Shown: positions 7,430 through 17,040, counted from the first letter of the stretch. The stretch: DNA of 20,227 nt from an uncultured bacterium (GCA_963977445.1 CAXBPH010000117.1:1-20227); one strand, 5' to 3'. The notes: generated by a model from the letters alone, not told the origin. Program-made: numbers and translations.

Positions 7430-8299
7430 TCAAAGCGGGATGGCGGCCACAGCGTTAATTTCGTCCAGAAATTCCAGGAGGAGTGGTTTTCTATTTTCTT
7501 CGCCAATTGGCTTACGGGCTTGCGACAAAACGTCCCAGGCCTCACCATCCTCCAGCGCCCGGGAGATCCGCCGGTCGCCATCCAGTGTCATGTCGATGCC
7601 TTTTGCGATTCGCACCACAGCCGCCAATTTTGGATCTTTCGCATCGCTCAACGCCCGACTGCAATGGGGATATTGCATGCCCAGCGCATCAGACAGGGTC
7701 TGGGGAAGATTCCAACGTTGGGCCATTGCCATGGACACCGCCGCATGGGTAAACCCAAAGTGAAGTTTTTCCGCCTTGCGCAACGCCAACTTGTCCCGTC
7801 CGAGAGACTCGTACAGTGCGGGGTAGGTCTTATCGTCACTGCGCAAAAGCCCCATAATTCCGATATCGGCCAGCAGGCCGGCGATAAACTCTTCACCTTG
7901 CAACCCGAGACCCATCGTATTGGAGACCTTCTTACACATTGCTGCAATCTTAAGGGATTGATTCCAGATTTCCTGGGCGGTCTTCATCTCCCCGTCACCT
8001 TCGCTCACGGTCTCAAATACCGAAATCCCCAGCACAATATTTCTAACTTCTCTGACGCCGAGTATGACGAGGGCAAGTTTAAGAGTCCCGACGTATTGCT
8101 TCATGCCGTAGTATGAAGAGTTACTGACCCGCAACACTTTGGCAGTCATCGCCGGGTCGCTTTGAACGATATCGCTCACGTCAGAGGTTGACGTGGACGG
8201 ATCTTCAGTAATTCGAAGCACTTCTGCCACGACCGCGGGAAGCGCAGGCAAATCTCCAATGATTCCGTTTACGCGCTCTATAATGAGCTGCTCCTCCAT
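7430..8299 (-). CDS. HDOD domain-containing signalling protein
   Basis: LPALP, DPAMTAKVLRVSNSSYYG, ALVILG, GLLADIG, FGFTHA, WNLP; RBS GGAGG. Confidence 0.92.
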   Translation of the reverse strand: MEEQLIIERVNGIIGDLPALPAVVAEVLRITEDPSTSTSDVSDIVQSDPAMTAKVLRVSNSSYYGMKQYVGTLKLALVILGVREVRNIVLGISVFETVSEGDGEMKTAQEIWNQSLKIAAMCKKVSNTMGLGLQGEEFIAGLLADIGIMGLLRSDDKTYPALYESLGRDKLALRKAEKLHFGFTHAAVSMAMAQRWNLPQTLSDALGMQYPHCSRALSDAKDPKLAAVVRIAKGIDMTLDGDRRISRALEDGEAWDVLSQARKPIGEENRKPLLLEFLDEINAVAAIPL

Positions 8300-8329
8300 A
8301 ATGAAAACCCTCCTTCGTAAACCGAACAG

Positions 8330-9160
8330 TCAGCGCGCCAACAATACAGGACAGGTCGCATGATTTATGACGTAGCTTGTGGTACTTCCAACGACAAGTT
8401 CACGAACCTTTGAATGTCCGTAAGCTCCCATTACGATAAGATCGGCATTCAGGGAGCGGGCCGTTTCTACGATAAGCTCACTGGGATCGCCATCAAGTCG
8501 TAAGATAACGTCTTCAATCTCGTGGGCCTTCAGATAGGCGCTTGCTTCTTCTGCTGCGGTGTCGAGACTATCGCCGCCCACCACCATTATCTGCAGCCCG
8601 GTCTTCCAGACTTCGGCAAAGAACACGGCTGTTTTAAGTGCATTCTTTGCGTGACTGCTTCCGTCGTAAGCGACCAGAATGCGCTCTTTCCCCAACGACT
8701 CCTGACCGGTAATCAGTACCGGGAGCGTCGAACGACGAATAACCGCTTCTGCTGTTGAGCCGATGAGCCCTTCAAGCCATTCGCTATGCTCGCCGCCCCG
8801 TCCCATAACAATGAGATCCGACAGACCGCTGTGCTCGGTAATCGTTCGAGAGACTACCCCGGAAGTCTGCTTGACGTCACAGGGTACCCCTGCGGCCTCG
8901 CAGGCCTTTTTCAGGTAATCGAGGGCGTTCTTCCCCCGCTCTTCCAGGAGCATGGAGATATTGCCCTGGTAATTCACATAGGGCGCTGTCCCCAGCGAAG
9001 CAGAGAGGTCCTGCAAAAAAGGCCCTTCGAGCAATTTCACATCAACGACATAGATGCCCTGAATATGGGCCTTGAACGACTGGGCAAGCTCTACAGCTGA
9101 TGTGACGCCAAATGCGGCGGAATCACTTCCGTCCGTAGGGACCAGAATCTTCTTAATCAT
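8330..9160 (-). CDS. Universal stress protein with two tandem UspA domains
   Basis: KKILVPTDGS...DLIVMGRGG...GSTAEAVIRRSTLPVL, then ILVAYDGS...DLIVMGAYGHS...GSTTSYVINHATCPVL. Confidence 0.95.
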   Translation of the reverse strand: MIKKILVPTDGSDSAAFGVTSAVELAQSFKAHIQGIYVVDVKLLEGPFLQDLSASLGTAPYVNYQGNISMLLEERGKNALDYLKKACEAAGVPCDVKQTSGVVSRTITEHSGLSDLIVMGRGGEHSEWLEGLIGSTAEAVIRRSTLPVLITGQESLGKERILVAYDGSSHAKNALKTAVFFAEVWKTGLQIMVVGGDSLDTAAEEASAYLKAHEIEDVILRLDGDPSELIVETARSLNADLIVMGAYGHSKVRELVVGSTTSYVINHATCPVLLAR

Positions 9161-9175
9161 TCAACCATCCTAATC

Positions 9176-9820
9176 TCAGGCGACATTGCTCGCCACGGCC
9201 ACTTTATTACCAAAGGCTTTCAAAATAGCCAAGCCTTCGTGTTGGCTTTTTTCTGGATGAAACTGGGTTGCAAACACATTATCCCGCCCTACAATCGCGG
9301 GAAAAGAAACACCGTATTCACAGTGGGCAAGCACGATAGCCGGATCTTCCGGTACGGCATAGTAACTGTGAACAAAGTACGTGTAGCAGCTGTTTGACGT
9401 ATAGCGCAGCAACTCGCCGGCCTCGGGGGAACCGTTGCCATGGATCTGATTCCAACCCATGTGGGGCACCTTCAGGCCGCTGGTCGCGGCTTCGGCAAAA
9501 CGAACCACCCGACCGGGAAAAATACCCAACCCTTCGGCTCCGGGTCCTTCTTCACTGTAGTCAAACAACAGCTGAAGTCCAACGCAAATACCCAAAAAAG
9601 GCTTTCCACTTGCTGCAGCCGCCTTAACGGGCGCCACGAGCCCACGATCCGTCAGCCCTTCAATGCAATCTTTGAAGGCACCTACACCAGGTAGCACGAC
9701 ACCATCGGCACGCTCAATAACCGCGATATCGTCGGTGACAATCGCTTCGTGACCGACCTTTTCGAAACCTTTTTGAGCACTTCTCAGGTTTCCCATGCCG
9801 TAGTCAACGATGGCAATCAT
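9176..9820 (-). CDS. hisH: Imidazole glycerol phosphate synthase glutamine amidotransferase subunit
   Basis: [24 protein letters not shown] (catalytic Cys), VPHMGWN, YFVHSY, QFHPEKS; ATGA overlap with hisB. Confidence 0.97.
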   Translation of the reverse strand: MIAIVDYGMGNLRSAQKGFEKVGHEAIVTDDIAVIERADGVVLPGVGAFKDCIEGLTDRGLVAPVKAAAASGKPFLGICVGLQLLFDYSEEGPGAEGLGIFPGRVVRFAEAATSGLKVPHMGWNQIHGNGSPEAGELLRYTSNSCYTYFVHSYYAVPEDPAIVLAHCEYGVSFPAIVGRDNVFATQFHPEKSQHEGLAILKAFGNKVAVASNVA

Positions 9821-10407
9821 GTTTCCAACATTCCTTTGGTAGACGGTATACCCGTGTTTCGGGGATCCAACTCCAAGGCCCGACGCAATGCCTGCGCGAG
9901 GGCTTTGAAGATTCCTTCTATGCAGTGGTGCGTATTCTGACCATAGCGTAAATTCACATGAAGGGTCAGCCGAGCGTTCACGGCGAATGCCTGCATGAAT
10001 TCCCGGGCTAACTCCAGGTCAAATTCGCCTAGACGACCGATGGGCAGGTCCGCATTGAAGACCAGAAAGGGCCGACCACTGAAATCAACAGCAACTTCGG
10101 CCAATGCTTCATCCATAGGAATCACGGCATGACCATAGCGCCGAATTCCCTTGGGCACACCCACCGCCTCCAGAAAGGCTTTACCCAGACAGATACCGAT
10201 GTCTTCTACCGTGTGGTGTGCATCGATGTGGAGATCACCTTTCGCGGAGACCTCGATATCAAACAACCCGTGACGGGCAAGGTGATCAAGCATGTGATCA
10301 AAAAAACCGACTCCGGTATCAATTTTGGCGCTTCCCGTGCCATCAATGGCAACTTTCAGCGAAATTTTCGTCTCATTCGTGTTTCGCTCAATTTGCGCAC
10401 TGCGCAT
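9817..10407 (-). CDS. hisB: Imidazoleglycerol-phosphate dehydratase (monofunctional)
   Basis: [48 protein letters not shown]; no N-terminal HAD phosphatase domain. Confidence 0.97.
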   Translation of the reverse strand: MRSAQIERNTNETKISLKVAIDGTGSAKIDTGVGFFDHMLDHLARHGLFDIEVSAKGDLHIDAHHTVEDIGICLGKAFLEAVGVPKGIRRYGHAVIPMDEALAEVAVDFSGRPFLVFNADLPIGRLGEFDLELAREFMQAFAVNARLTLHVNLRYGQNTHHCIEGIFKALAQALRRALELDPRNTGIPSTKGMLET

Positions 10408-10419
10408 CCAACGAACTCC

Positions 10420-11145
10420 CTATTTTCCAAGTGTAAGGCGGTCTGCCAGAAACTGCGGCAATCCCGCTTCAACAACCCGTTTGGCTGCTTTTTCAATAGG
10501 GTATTTGATGCGTACTTGCTCGAAGTCGTTCTGTTCCGTGTCTAGGATACCAAACGCAGCGTGGGGATTGCTATCCCGAGGCTGCCCGACGGACCCGGGA
10601 TTGATGAAAAAACTCTTGCCCGTGCCGAGTGCAAACTTGGAATCATCATCAACCGAATACACCCCGTCCGTGGAAAAAATGCCCGGACTATGGGTATGGC
10701 CGATAAAACAGATATTGCAGTTTTGCTCATCGAGAAAGGACAGGTGCGGAAGTATGTCTTCCCAAGTGAATAGGTAAGTATTCCTGTTTTTCGGGGCCCC
10801 GTGGACGGCCGCAAAGGTCTCGAAGTTCAAGACATCCGGCAGGCTTCGCAGCCATTCCAGATTTTCTTCACTCAGGTTCTCACGGGTCCACATAGCGGCT
10901 GCAAGCGCTACGGGATTAAAGCCCCACGGGTCTTCAAGACCGCAGGCAACCGCGTCATGGTTGCCCAGAACGGTTTGAATGTTGCGATCCCGAAGGATGT
11001 CCGCACATTGGTTTGGACTTGCGTTATAACCTACGACATCACCAAGGCAGACGATCTGGTCCACTTCCATCTCATCAATTTTTTCCAGAACGGCGCAGAA
11101 GGCCTCCAGATTGGCGTGTATGTCGGATACGATGGCATACCTCAA
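10420..11145 (-). CDS. Calcineurin-like metallophosphoesterase (YfcE/MJ0936-like)
   Basis: SDIHAN, LGDVVGY, GNHD, VHG, GHTH, INPGSVGQPRD. Start moved to the TTG at 11145 (MRYAIVSD) because AGGAG lies about 10 nt upstream; the ORF track start is 11184. Confidence 0.92.
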   Translation of the reverse strand: MRYAIVSDIHANLEAFCAVLEKIDEMEVDQIVCLGDVVGYNASPNQCADILRDRNIQTVLGNHDAVACGLEDPWGFNPVALAAAMWTRENLSEENLEWLRSLPDVLNFETFAAVHGAPKNRNTYLFTWEDILPHLSFLDEQNCNICFIGHTHSPGIFSTDGVYSVDDDSKFALGTGKSFFINPGSVGQPRDSNPHAAFGILDTEQNDFEQVRIKYPIEKAAKRVVEAGLPQFLADRLTLGK

Positions 11146-11187
11146 TTTAGGTCTCTCCTGCTGCCCGTTCACATAGACGAGCAACGC

Positions 11188-11196
11188 TTATCCACA
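11188..11196 (+). promoter_or_regulatory. Perfect DnaA box (TTATCCACA) in divergent intergenic region
   Basis: Exact match to the canonical 9-mer, with several one-mismatch boxes nearby. Function not shown. Confidence 0.4.
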
Positions 11197-11448
11197 GAGC
11201 GAGCTTTTTTAATTGCCCCCCTGTCTGGGATTTCCACAGGCACGACAGCTGTCAAAAGACAACCCCGCCTGCTCTGTTCCCTATTTTGCACGGAAGTTCG
11301 TGAATTTTCAAGCATTCGTGTAGATACCTCCGCAGAAACCGATTCTTTCGGGTGTGAATATCTGCTTAGCTTGCTCACAAACCGCTATTCCCCTCCCTTT
11401 CTCAGGCGAAAAAATCCCCACCTGAATTTCCAGGCGCTCACAACACTC

Positions 11449-11478
11449 TTGTCTACTTCCGTCATCTTGGCGTAGGAT
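11449..11478 (+). promoter_or_regulatory. Possible sigma70 promoter for the solenoid kinase
   Basis: TTGTCT, 18-nt spacer, TAGGAT, about 65 nt upstream of the ATG at 11543. Confidence 0.35.
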
Positions 11479-11542
11479 AGCCAACAGCGATTTGTCATTT
11501 CACTTAGACTTTGGCGTACTGATTCGACCGCAGGTGGACCAT

Positions 11543-13846
11543 ATGGGTAGCATTTTTCGCATTTACTGGGACAACCTCCTGAATATTCCCCTCAACTGGG
11601 TAGAGGTGTATCTGAAAGTCAATATGGATGCCGACTGGAAAGTGTTGGCTTTCAAAATAGGGTGCTCTATCGCCCTGCTCCTTGCGGTCTATGAGATATT
11701 TCTCCGTATCAAGGAGCGTCGTCGCCGGAAACGCTATGCCGCCGACCTGAAAAACGCCACCCAACCCGGGGGGGCGACCCTTACTGCTGAAGAACAGAAA
11801 GACGCCCTCCAGAACCCCGAAGCGGCAATCGCGCGACTTCGAAAAGAGGGAAATTTCGAAAAGCACGCGGAAGTACTTTCCGCGGTGGGCCGCCACAAAG
11901 AAGCGGCCAAGTCTTTCCTGAAGGCGGGTGTCCCGGAGCGTTCTGCCATGGAATGGGCCAAGGCGGGCTATCCCTTGAAAGCCGCGCAGCAGATGGAACG
12001 AGCCCGGAACTATGGGGCTGCCGCCAAATTCTACATGGAGAAGGAAAAATACCTGAAGGCTGCGAAAGCCTTCGTTCGGGGAGACGTCCCTCCCCTTGCA
12101 GCGCACGCCTTCTATATGGCTGGGCGATATTCAGATAGCGCCGACCTCTATGAGACGTATTTTGCAAGTGCCGGGGTCGCGCCCGCTGAGCAACGTGCCG
12201 CTGCCGAAAACTGTATGCGCCTGGTTGAAGATAAGAAAGCCCAGGACAAACTGGGGCCCGAACGCCTCAGGAATGTTACCGTGCTGTGCGCCAATGGAAT
12301 GAACACGGGCGACCACCCCGAGGTGGCGGGCAAGCTGTTTTATCAGGCCGGTGAATTTGTGCAGGCCGGCGAAGCCTACCTCCGGGCGGGGCAACTCGAA
12401 ACGGCGGCCAAGTGTATGCACGCGGCCGGCGAAACCAAACGGGCCTCCGAGATCGGTGGCCGATACTATGAAGCCATGAGCAAGTGGAAAGAAGCGGGCA
12501 TGGCCTATGAGGGTGGCGGTAATTTTCGCAAGGCCGGGGAATGTTTCTCCAAAGCCAACGATCCCCGCCAAGCGGCAAAAAACTATGAATATGCCCGGGA
12601 ATTCTATGGTGCCGGTCTTGCTATGGTGCACTGTAAGCAATGGGAAGAGGCGGTGCGCCTGCTGCAACACGTCCCCGAAGATCACCCCCAGTTTGCCACG
12701 TCACGGGCCCTGCTGGGTCGTGCCTTCTACGAATTGAAAGATTATGCCCACAGTACCGCCACGCTGGAAAACCATCTGTTGGGGGAACGGGTCCGAAAGG
12801 ACAACATCGAGTATTTCTGGATGCTCGCGCTGGCCTACGAGCAACTTGCCAAGCTGGACAAATCACAGGACGTCCTACAGAAAATTCGAGCCGTCGACGT
12901 GCAGTTCCGCGATGTCGCCCAGCGCCTTTCGAGCGTACAATCCCGAATTTCCATGGCAGGGACGGGCAACAGCAACTTCTCCATTTCACCGACCATGATA
13001 ACCCCTGCCCCGGGCAGTGCGGAAAAGTCTCCGGTCATGTCGATGGTCGAAAAGAGTTTGCAGAATCGTTACGAGCTCGAGTGTGAATTGGGTCGCGGTG
13101 GTATGGGCGTTGTTTACAAGGCCCGTGATACCAAGCTGGATCGACCTGTCGCCCTGAAGTTTCTTGGAAGCCTGATTGACGGCTCGGAGGAATACAGACT
13201 CCGCTTTAAGCGAGAGGCCCAGGCCGCCGCCCAGGTATCCCACCCCAATATTCTCAGTGTTTACGATATTGGCATTGAGCAAGGCAGCTCCTACATTGCC
13301 ATGGAATACATTGAAGGCCCCAACCTCAATCGATATCTCAAGAAAAAGGGCACGCTGACCGTTCGGGAAGCAAGCAACCTGGTGGGTCAGGCCTGTGCCG
13401 CCCTGGAAGCGATTCACCAAGCGGGCATCACTCACCGGGACATCAAGCCGGATAACATTCTGATCACAAAGGGTGGGCTTGTTAAATTGATGGATTTCGG
13501 TCTGGCCAAGGGACATGGGGCCAACCTTACGGGCAGCAACGTGCTTATGGGTACGCCGTGCTACATGGCCCCTGAACAAGCGCGAGGTGAAGCCGCGGGC
13601 CCTCTATCAGACATTTATGCCATGGGTCTGGTTCTGTATGAATTGTTGACGGGCAAGACGGTGTTTCCAGATGGCAATGTACTGGCCCGACAAATCACGG
13701 AAGTTCCCCCACCTCCCAGTGCCATTGTGGAAAGCATCCCCCCCGAAGTGGATGCCATCGTCATGAAAGCCATTGCGAAAGACCCGAACGAGCGCTTTGG
13801 GAGCGCCCAGGAACTACTCAATGCCCTTCGTAGACTTGGCCAATAA
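11543..13846 (+). CDS. Membrane-anchored Ser/Thr kinase: N-terminal TM helix, TPR/SNAP-like alpha-solenoid, C-terminal Hanks kinase
   Basis: Hydrophobic VLAFKIGCSIALLLAVYEIFL followed by RIKERRRRKR; many short A-G-x-x-x-x-A-A-x-x-[YF] helical repeats; canonical kinase GRGGMGVVY, VALK, RFKREA, HRDIKPDN, DFG, GTPCYMAPE. ATG at 11543 preferred (AGGTGG RBS) over TTG at 11492. Confidence 0.92.
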   Translation: MGSIFRIYWDNLLNIPLNWVEVYLKVNMDADWKVLAFKIGCSIALLLAVYEIFLRIKERRRRKRYAADLKNATQPGGATLTAEEQKDALQNPEAAIARLRKEGNFEKHAEVLSAVGRHKEAAKSFLKAGVPERSAMEWAKAGYPLKAAQQMERARNYGAAAKFYMEKEKYLKAAKAFVRGDVPPLAAHAFYMAGRYSDSADLYETYFASAGVAPAEQRAAAENCMRLVEDKKAQDKLGPERLRNVTVLCANGMNTGDHPEVAGKLFYQAGEFVQAGEAYLRAGQLETAAKCMHAAGETKRASEIGGRYYEAMSKWKEAGMAYEGGGNFRKAGECFSKANDPRQAAKNYEYAREFYGAGLAMVHCKQWEEAVRLLQHVPEDHPQFATSRALLGRAFYELKDYAHSTATLENHLLGERVRKDNIEYFWMLALAYEQLAKLDKSQDVLQKIRAVDVQFRDVAQRLSSVQSRISMAGTGNSNFSISPTMITPAPGSAEKSPVMSMVEKSLQNRYELECELGRGGMGVVYKARDTKLDRPVALKFLGSLIDGSEEYRLRFKREAQAAAQVSHPNILSVYDIGIEQGSSYIAMEYIEGPNLNRYLKKKGTLTVREASNLVGQACAALEAIHQAGITHRDIKPDNILITKGGLVKLMDFGLAKGHGANLTGSNVLMGTPCYMAPEQARGEAAGPLSDIYAMGLVLYELLTGKTVFPDGNVLARQITEVPPPPSAIVESIPPEVDAIVMKAIAKDPNERFGSAQELLNALRRLGQ

Positions 13847-13851
13847 GGCGT

Positions 13852-14352
13852 TCAGTCGACCACCACAGTGGTAGCGTCCGATTCCTGGAGTCGTGTGGTG
13901 ATTCGTGCTTCCAGATCTTCCGGTAGCGCAATACCTCGGTTCACAAGGACAAAATTGCGACAATCCCCACCCCCGTGGGCAATTTTCACTTCGATACGGT
14001 CTTCGGGCAGTAGGCCTTCCGCTCGTTCTGACCACTCGACGGCGCAGACACCGTCAGAATCGAACAGCTCTTCATAGCCCAGATCGGCGAGCTCGTCAGG
14101 TCCGCCCAGACGATACAGGTCAAGATGATACAGGGGCACGTCGTTGCCATATTGATTCACGAGGGTGAAGGTAGGGCTATGTACCGGAGCATCCTTGGCG
14201 AAGTAGCGGGTCATGCCCCGCACCAGGCAGGTCTTACCGGCCGCCAAATCCCCCTCCAGGGCTATCAGGGTTCCGCGTGGAACCACGCTTCCAAGCAAAT
14301 AGCCTACGGCTTCCGTTTGTTCCGGACTTTGGGTCGTAAATGTAATCTTCAT
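13852..14352 (-). CDS. tsaE: tRNA threonylcarbamoyladenosine biosynthesis ATPase TsaE
   Basis: LEGDLAAGKT, VHSPTFTLVNQY, YHLDLYRL, VEW. Start at MKITF, with TGATG overlap on the glgA stop. Confidence 0.96.
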   Translation of the reverse strand: MKITFTTQSPEQTEAVGYLLGSVVPRGTLIALEGDLAAGKTCLVRGMTRYFAKDAPVHSPTFTLVNQYGNDVPLYHLDLYRLGGPDELADLGYEELFDSDGVCAVEWSERAEGLLPEDRIEVKIAHGGGDCRNFVLVNRGIALPEDLEARITTRLQESDATTVVVD

Positions 14353-15818
14353 CAGGCCGCTTCTATACACTCCCGATACAAATCGATATAGGTTTCACAA
14401 GATTTATTCCAGGAAAAGTCCAACGCCATGCCGGCCGCCTGGATGCGTAAGAATTCGGTTTTGTCTTCGTAGAGTGCAATGGCCTGCTCCATGCGACGGG
14501 CAAGCGAATAGGACGTGAGGGGCACAAAGGACAGACCGTTGGCGGTACCATTTCGCAGGTTTACCGATGTGCAATCGATAACCGTATCGGCCAGCCCCCC
14601 ACTTCGACGAACGATGGGAATCGAACCGTAGGCAAAACTGTAAAACTGACTCAGACCACACGGTTCATAGCGAGACGGCATGAGAAAGAAATCGCAAGCG
14701 GCCTGCAGGCGATGGGCCAACGGCACATTGAAGCCGAGCATCACCCGAACGCTGTCGGGGCGCTGACTCTCGAGGTGCTTCAGGCCCTCTTCCACCCCAC
14801 GCTCGCCCGTACCGAGCACCACGATCTGGGCGGCGTCTTCGGGCAGGCCAAGAACGCTTTCCATCACGAGGTCGATACCTTTTTGCCACACCAGTCGACT
14901 GACAATACCAAAGATGGGCACATCCTTCTCCGGCAGGCCCAATTCCTGTTGGAAGGCCTGCTTACAAACGGCCTTCCCCGACGGATCTGCGGTAGAATAA
15001 TTGGCCGGTATATGGGGATCAGTCTTTGGGTCCCAGAGGCCGTAATCGGCACCATTGAGGATGCCACTCAGAACGCTTCGCCGATTTCGCAGGATACCGT
15101 CCAGTCCCTCGCCATATTCAATGGTTTGTATTTCTCTGGCGTATCGGGGGCTTACCGTGGAGATGCGGTCGGCCGAGGTAATCGCGCCTTTCATCAAATT
15201 CAGGTCACCGTGATATTCCAAACATTCCGGATTGAAGAGCTCGGGACCAAAACCGGTCGACACAATTTTCTCTTTACCATAACGTCCCTGGTAGGCGAGG
15301 TTATGAATCGTGTAGAGACTCGGCACCCCTTTCCAAAACGGGTGATTGGCGAAGACCGTCTTCAGCTTGAGTGGAATGGGTGCGGTGGGCCAGTCGTGGC
15401 AATGGACCACGTCGGGCTTCCAGCCGGTCCCCGCGATACCGTCGAGGGCAGCGTGGGAGAAAAAAGAAAAGCGCTCGGCATTATCATGGTACTCGTGGTT
15501 GCCATCACCGTAGGGCGCGGGGCGATTAAAATAGTTATCGTGCTCCACAAGATAAAGTGGAATTTTGGTATCGGGCAGGGTCGTTTCCCAGAGACTGCCA
15601 TAGGCCGTGTGGGTTCCCAGATCGGCCAGACACATGCCTCGACGACAGGACTCGGGCAAACGGGGAAGTTTCTGATAAAAAGGCAAAATGAGGCGAACGT
15701 CGTGACCCGCTTTGTGCAGGGCCTTGGGCAACGCAGCGGCCACATCGGCCAGCCCGCCGGTGCTCATGAGGGGAGCGACCTCGGCGGTGGCGAAGAGGAT
15801 TTTGAGCGCTTTTTTCAC
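14352..15818 (-). CDS. glgA: Glycogen/starch synthase (GT5)
   Basis: EVAP..TGGLADV, HCHDW, TIHNLAYQG, TVSPRYAREI, GILNG, SRLVWQKG, MPSRYEPCGL, GGLADTV, DFSW. GTG start at 15818 with GGAG 6 nt upstream (track start 15830). Confidence 0.95.
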   Translation of the reverse strand: MKKALKILFATAEVAPLMSTGGLADVAAALPKALHKAGHDVRLILPFYQKLPRLPESCRRGMCLADLGTHTAYGSLWETTLPDTKIPLYLVEHDNYFNRPAPYGDGNHEYHDNAERFSFFSHAALDGIAGTGWKPDVVHCHDWPTAPIPLKLKTVFANHPFWKGVPSLYTIHNLAYQGRYGKEKIVSTGFGPELFNPECLEYHGDLNLMKGAITSADRISTVSPRYAREIQTIEYGEGLDGILRNRRSVLSGILNGADYGLWDPKTDPHIPANYSTADPSGKAVCKQAFQQELGLPEKDVPIFGIVSRLVWQKGIDLVMESVLGLPEDAAQIVVLGTGERGVEEGLKHLESQRPDSVRVMLGFNVPLAHRLQAACDFFLMPSRYEPCGLSQFYSFAYGSIPIVRRSGGLADTVIDCTSVNLRNGTANGLSFVPLTSYSLARRMEQAIALYEDKTEFLRIQAAGMALDFSWNKSCETYIDLYRECIEAA

Positions 15819-15933
15819 AGAAAACTCCAAAGGGGGTGAGGCTACGTTTCTACCGATACTCTAGCAGATCTGCCGATTCGAATGCATTGCCTTGCACCGG
15901 CAACAGGGCGCTAATCAACACAAATACTGACAC

Positions 15934-17040
15934 TCACGCGGTGACCACCTGAAATATTTCTGACTCAACAATGGGCTTCACCTCAATACCCGGCACCGTC
16001 CTCTTCAGATACCTGGCGATGTGGGTTGCAATCCCCCGCTCCGTGCCCACGTGGCCGGCATCGATGAGGGCCAGCCCCCGATCGCGGGCCATGTCGGCCT
16101 CGTGGTATTTCAGGTCCCCCGTGACATAGACATCGATATCAACGGGCATGGAAGAAATTTCTCCCCCGCCCGCACCACCACAAAGGGCCACCCGCTGTAT
16201 GGAATCTCCCCCACGCCCGACCATACGCACGTGTTTGAGCTTCAGGACCTGACACACATGCTGGGCAAAATCAGAAAGTTTCATGGGGTTGGCGAGCTGA
16301 CCCCGTGCCCCCATTCCTATGCGCGGGTCGGTGTTTTCCAGCGCCACCACGTCAAAGGCGGGCTCTTCGTAGGGATGGGCCTCGCGCAGGGCGGTGAGCA
16401 CCTGCCCCAGAATGGACTTTGGAACCACCATCTCAAATCTCAGTTCCAATTCGTGGCTTAGCACGCCCTGTTTGCCCGTGAACGGGTCCGAACCCGGTCC
16501 GGGCAGAAAGGTACCCGTCCCCGGTGTGCTGAAGGAGCAGTCGCTGTAGTTCCCAATCTGACCCGCACCGGCACGGGCGAGGGCCTCGCGCAAGGCCGCT
16601 TCGTGGGTGGCGGGCACAAAAGTTATCAGTTTAACGAGGGCCGCCTTGGGCGCAGGAACCAGTGGCACCACCGCTTCCAGTCCCAGGGTTTCCGCCAGCA
16701 AGGTATTCACCCCATCGGGTACGACATCCAAGTTGGTGTGGGCGGCGAAACAGGCAATTTCGTGCTGGGCCAATTGAAGACAACGTTGGGTGTGGACATC
16801 ATCGGTCCGCAACGCCTTCAACGGAGAAAATAAGATGGGATGGTGGGCGACGATCATATTCGCGCCCCACTGGGTTGCTTTGCTCACGACCTGGTCGGTT
16901 ACGGTCAGGCAGGTCAGGACCCGCTCTACCGGCGCTTCGGGCCGACCAATCTGAAGGCCGACCCGATCCCAGTCATACGCGAGGCACGATGGTGCCCAGG
17001 CTTCCATGGCATTGCAGATTGTTTTCACAGTAGCCGGCAT
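15934..17040 (-). CDS. Nif3-like dinuclear metal-centre protein (YqfO type with PII-like insertion)
   Basis: WDRVGLQIG, AHHPILF, HTNLD, insertion KLITFVP...AGAGQIGNYSDCSF...HPYEEPAFD, VTGDLKYH, DAGHVGTE. Confidence 0.94.
   Translation of the reverse strand: MPATVKTICNAMEAWAPSCLAYDWDRVGLQIGRPEAPVERVLTCLTVTDQVVSKATQWGANMIVAHHPILFSPLKALRTDDVHTQRCLQLAQHEIACFAAHTNLDVVPDGVNTLLAETLGLEAVVPLVPAPKAALVKLITFVPATHEAALREALARAGAGQIGNYSDCSFSTPGTGTFLPGPGSDPFTGKQGVLSHELELRFEMVVPKSILGQVLTALREAHPYEEPAFDVVALENTDPRIGMGARGQLANPMKLSDFAQHVCQVLKLKHVRMVGRGGDSIQRVALCGGAGGGEISSMPVDIDVYVTGDLKYHEADMARDRGLALIDAGHVGTERGIATHIARYLKRTVPGIEVKPIVESEIFQVVTA

Noticed and set aside
14712..15839. 375-aa plus-strand ORF
   Set aside because: Antisense shadow of glgA with no recognisable motifs; the same applies to other long antisense ORFs such as 7364-8116, 10801-11475 and 11504-12106.
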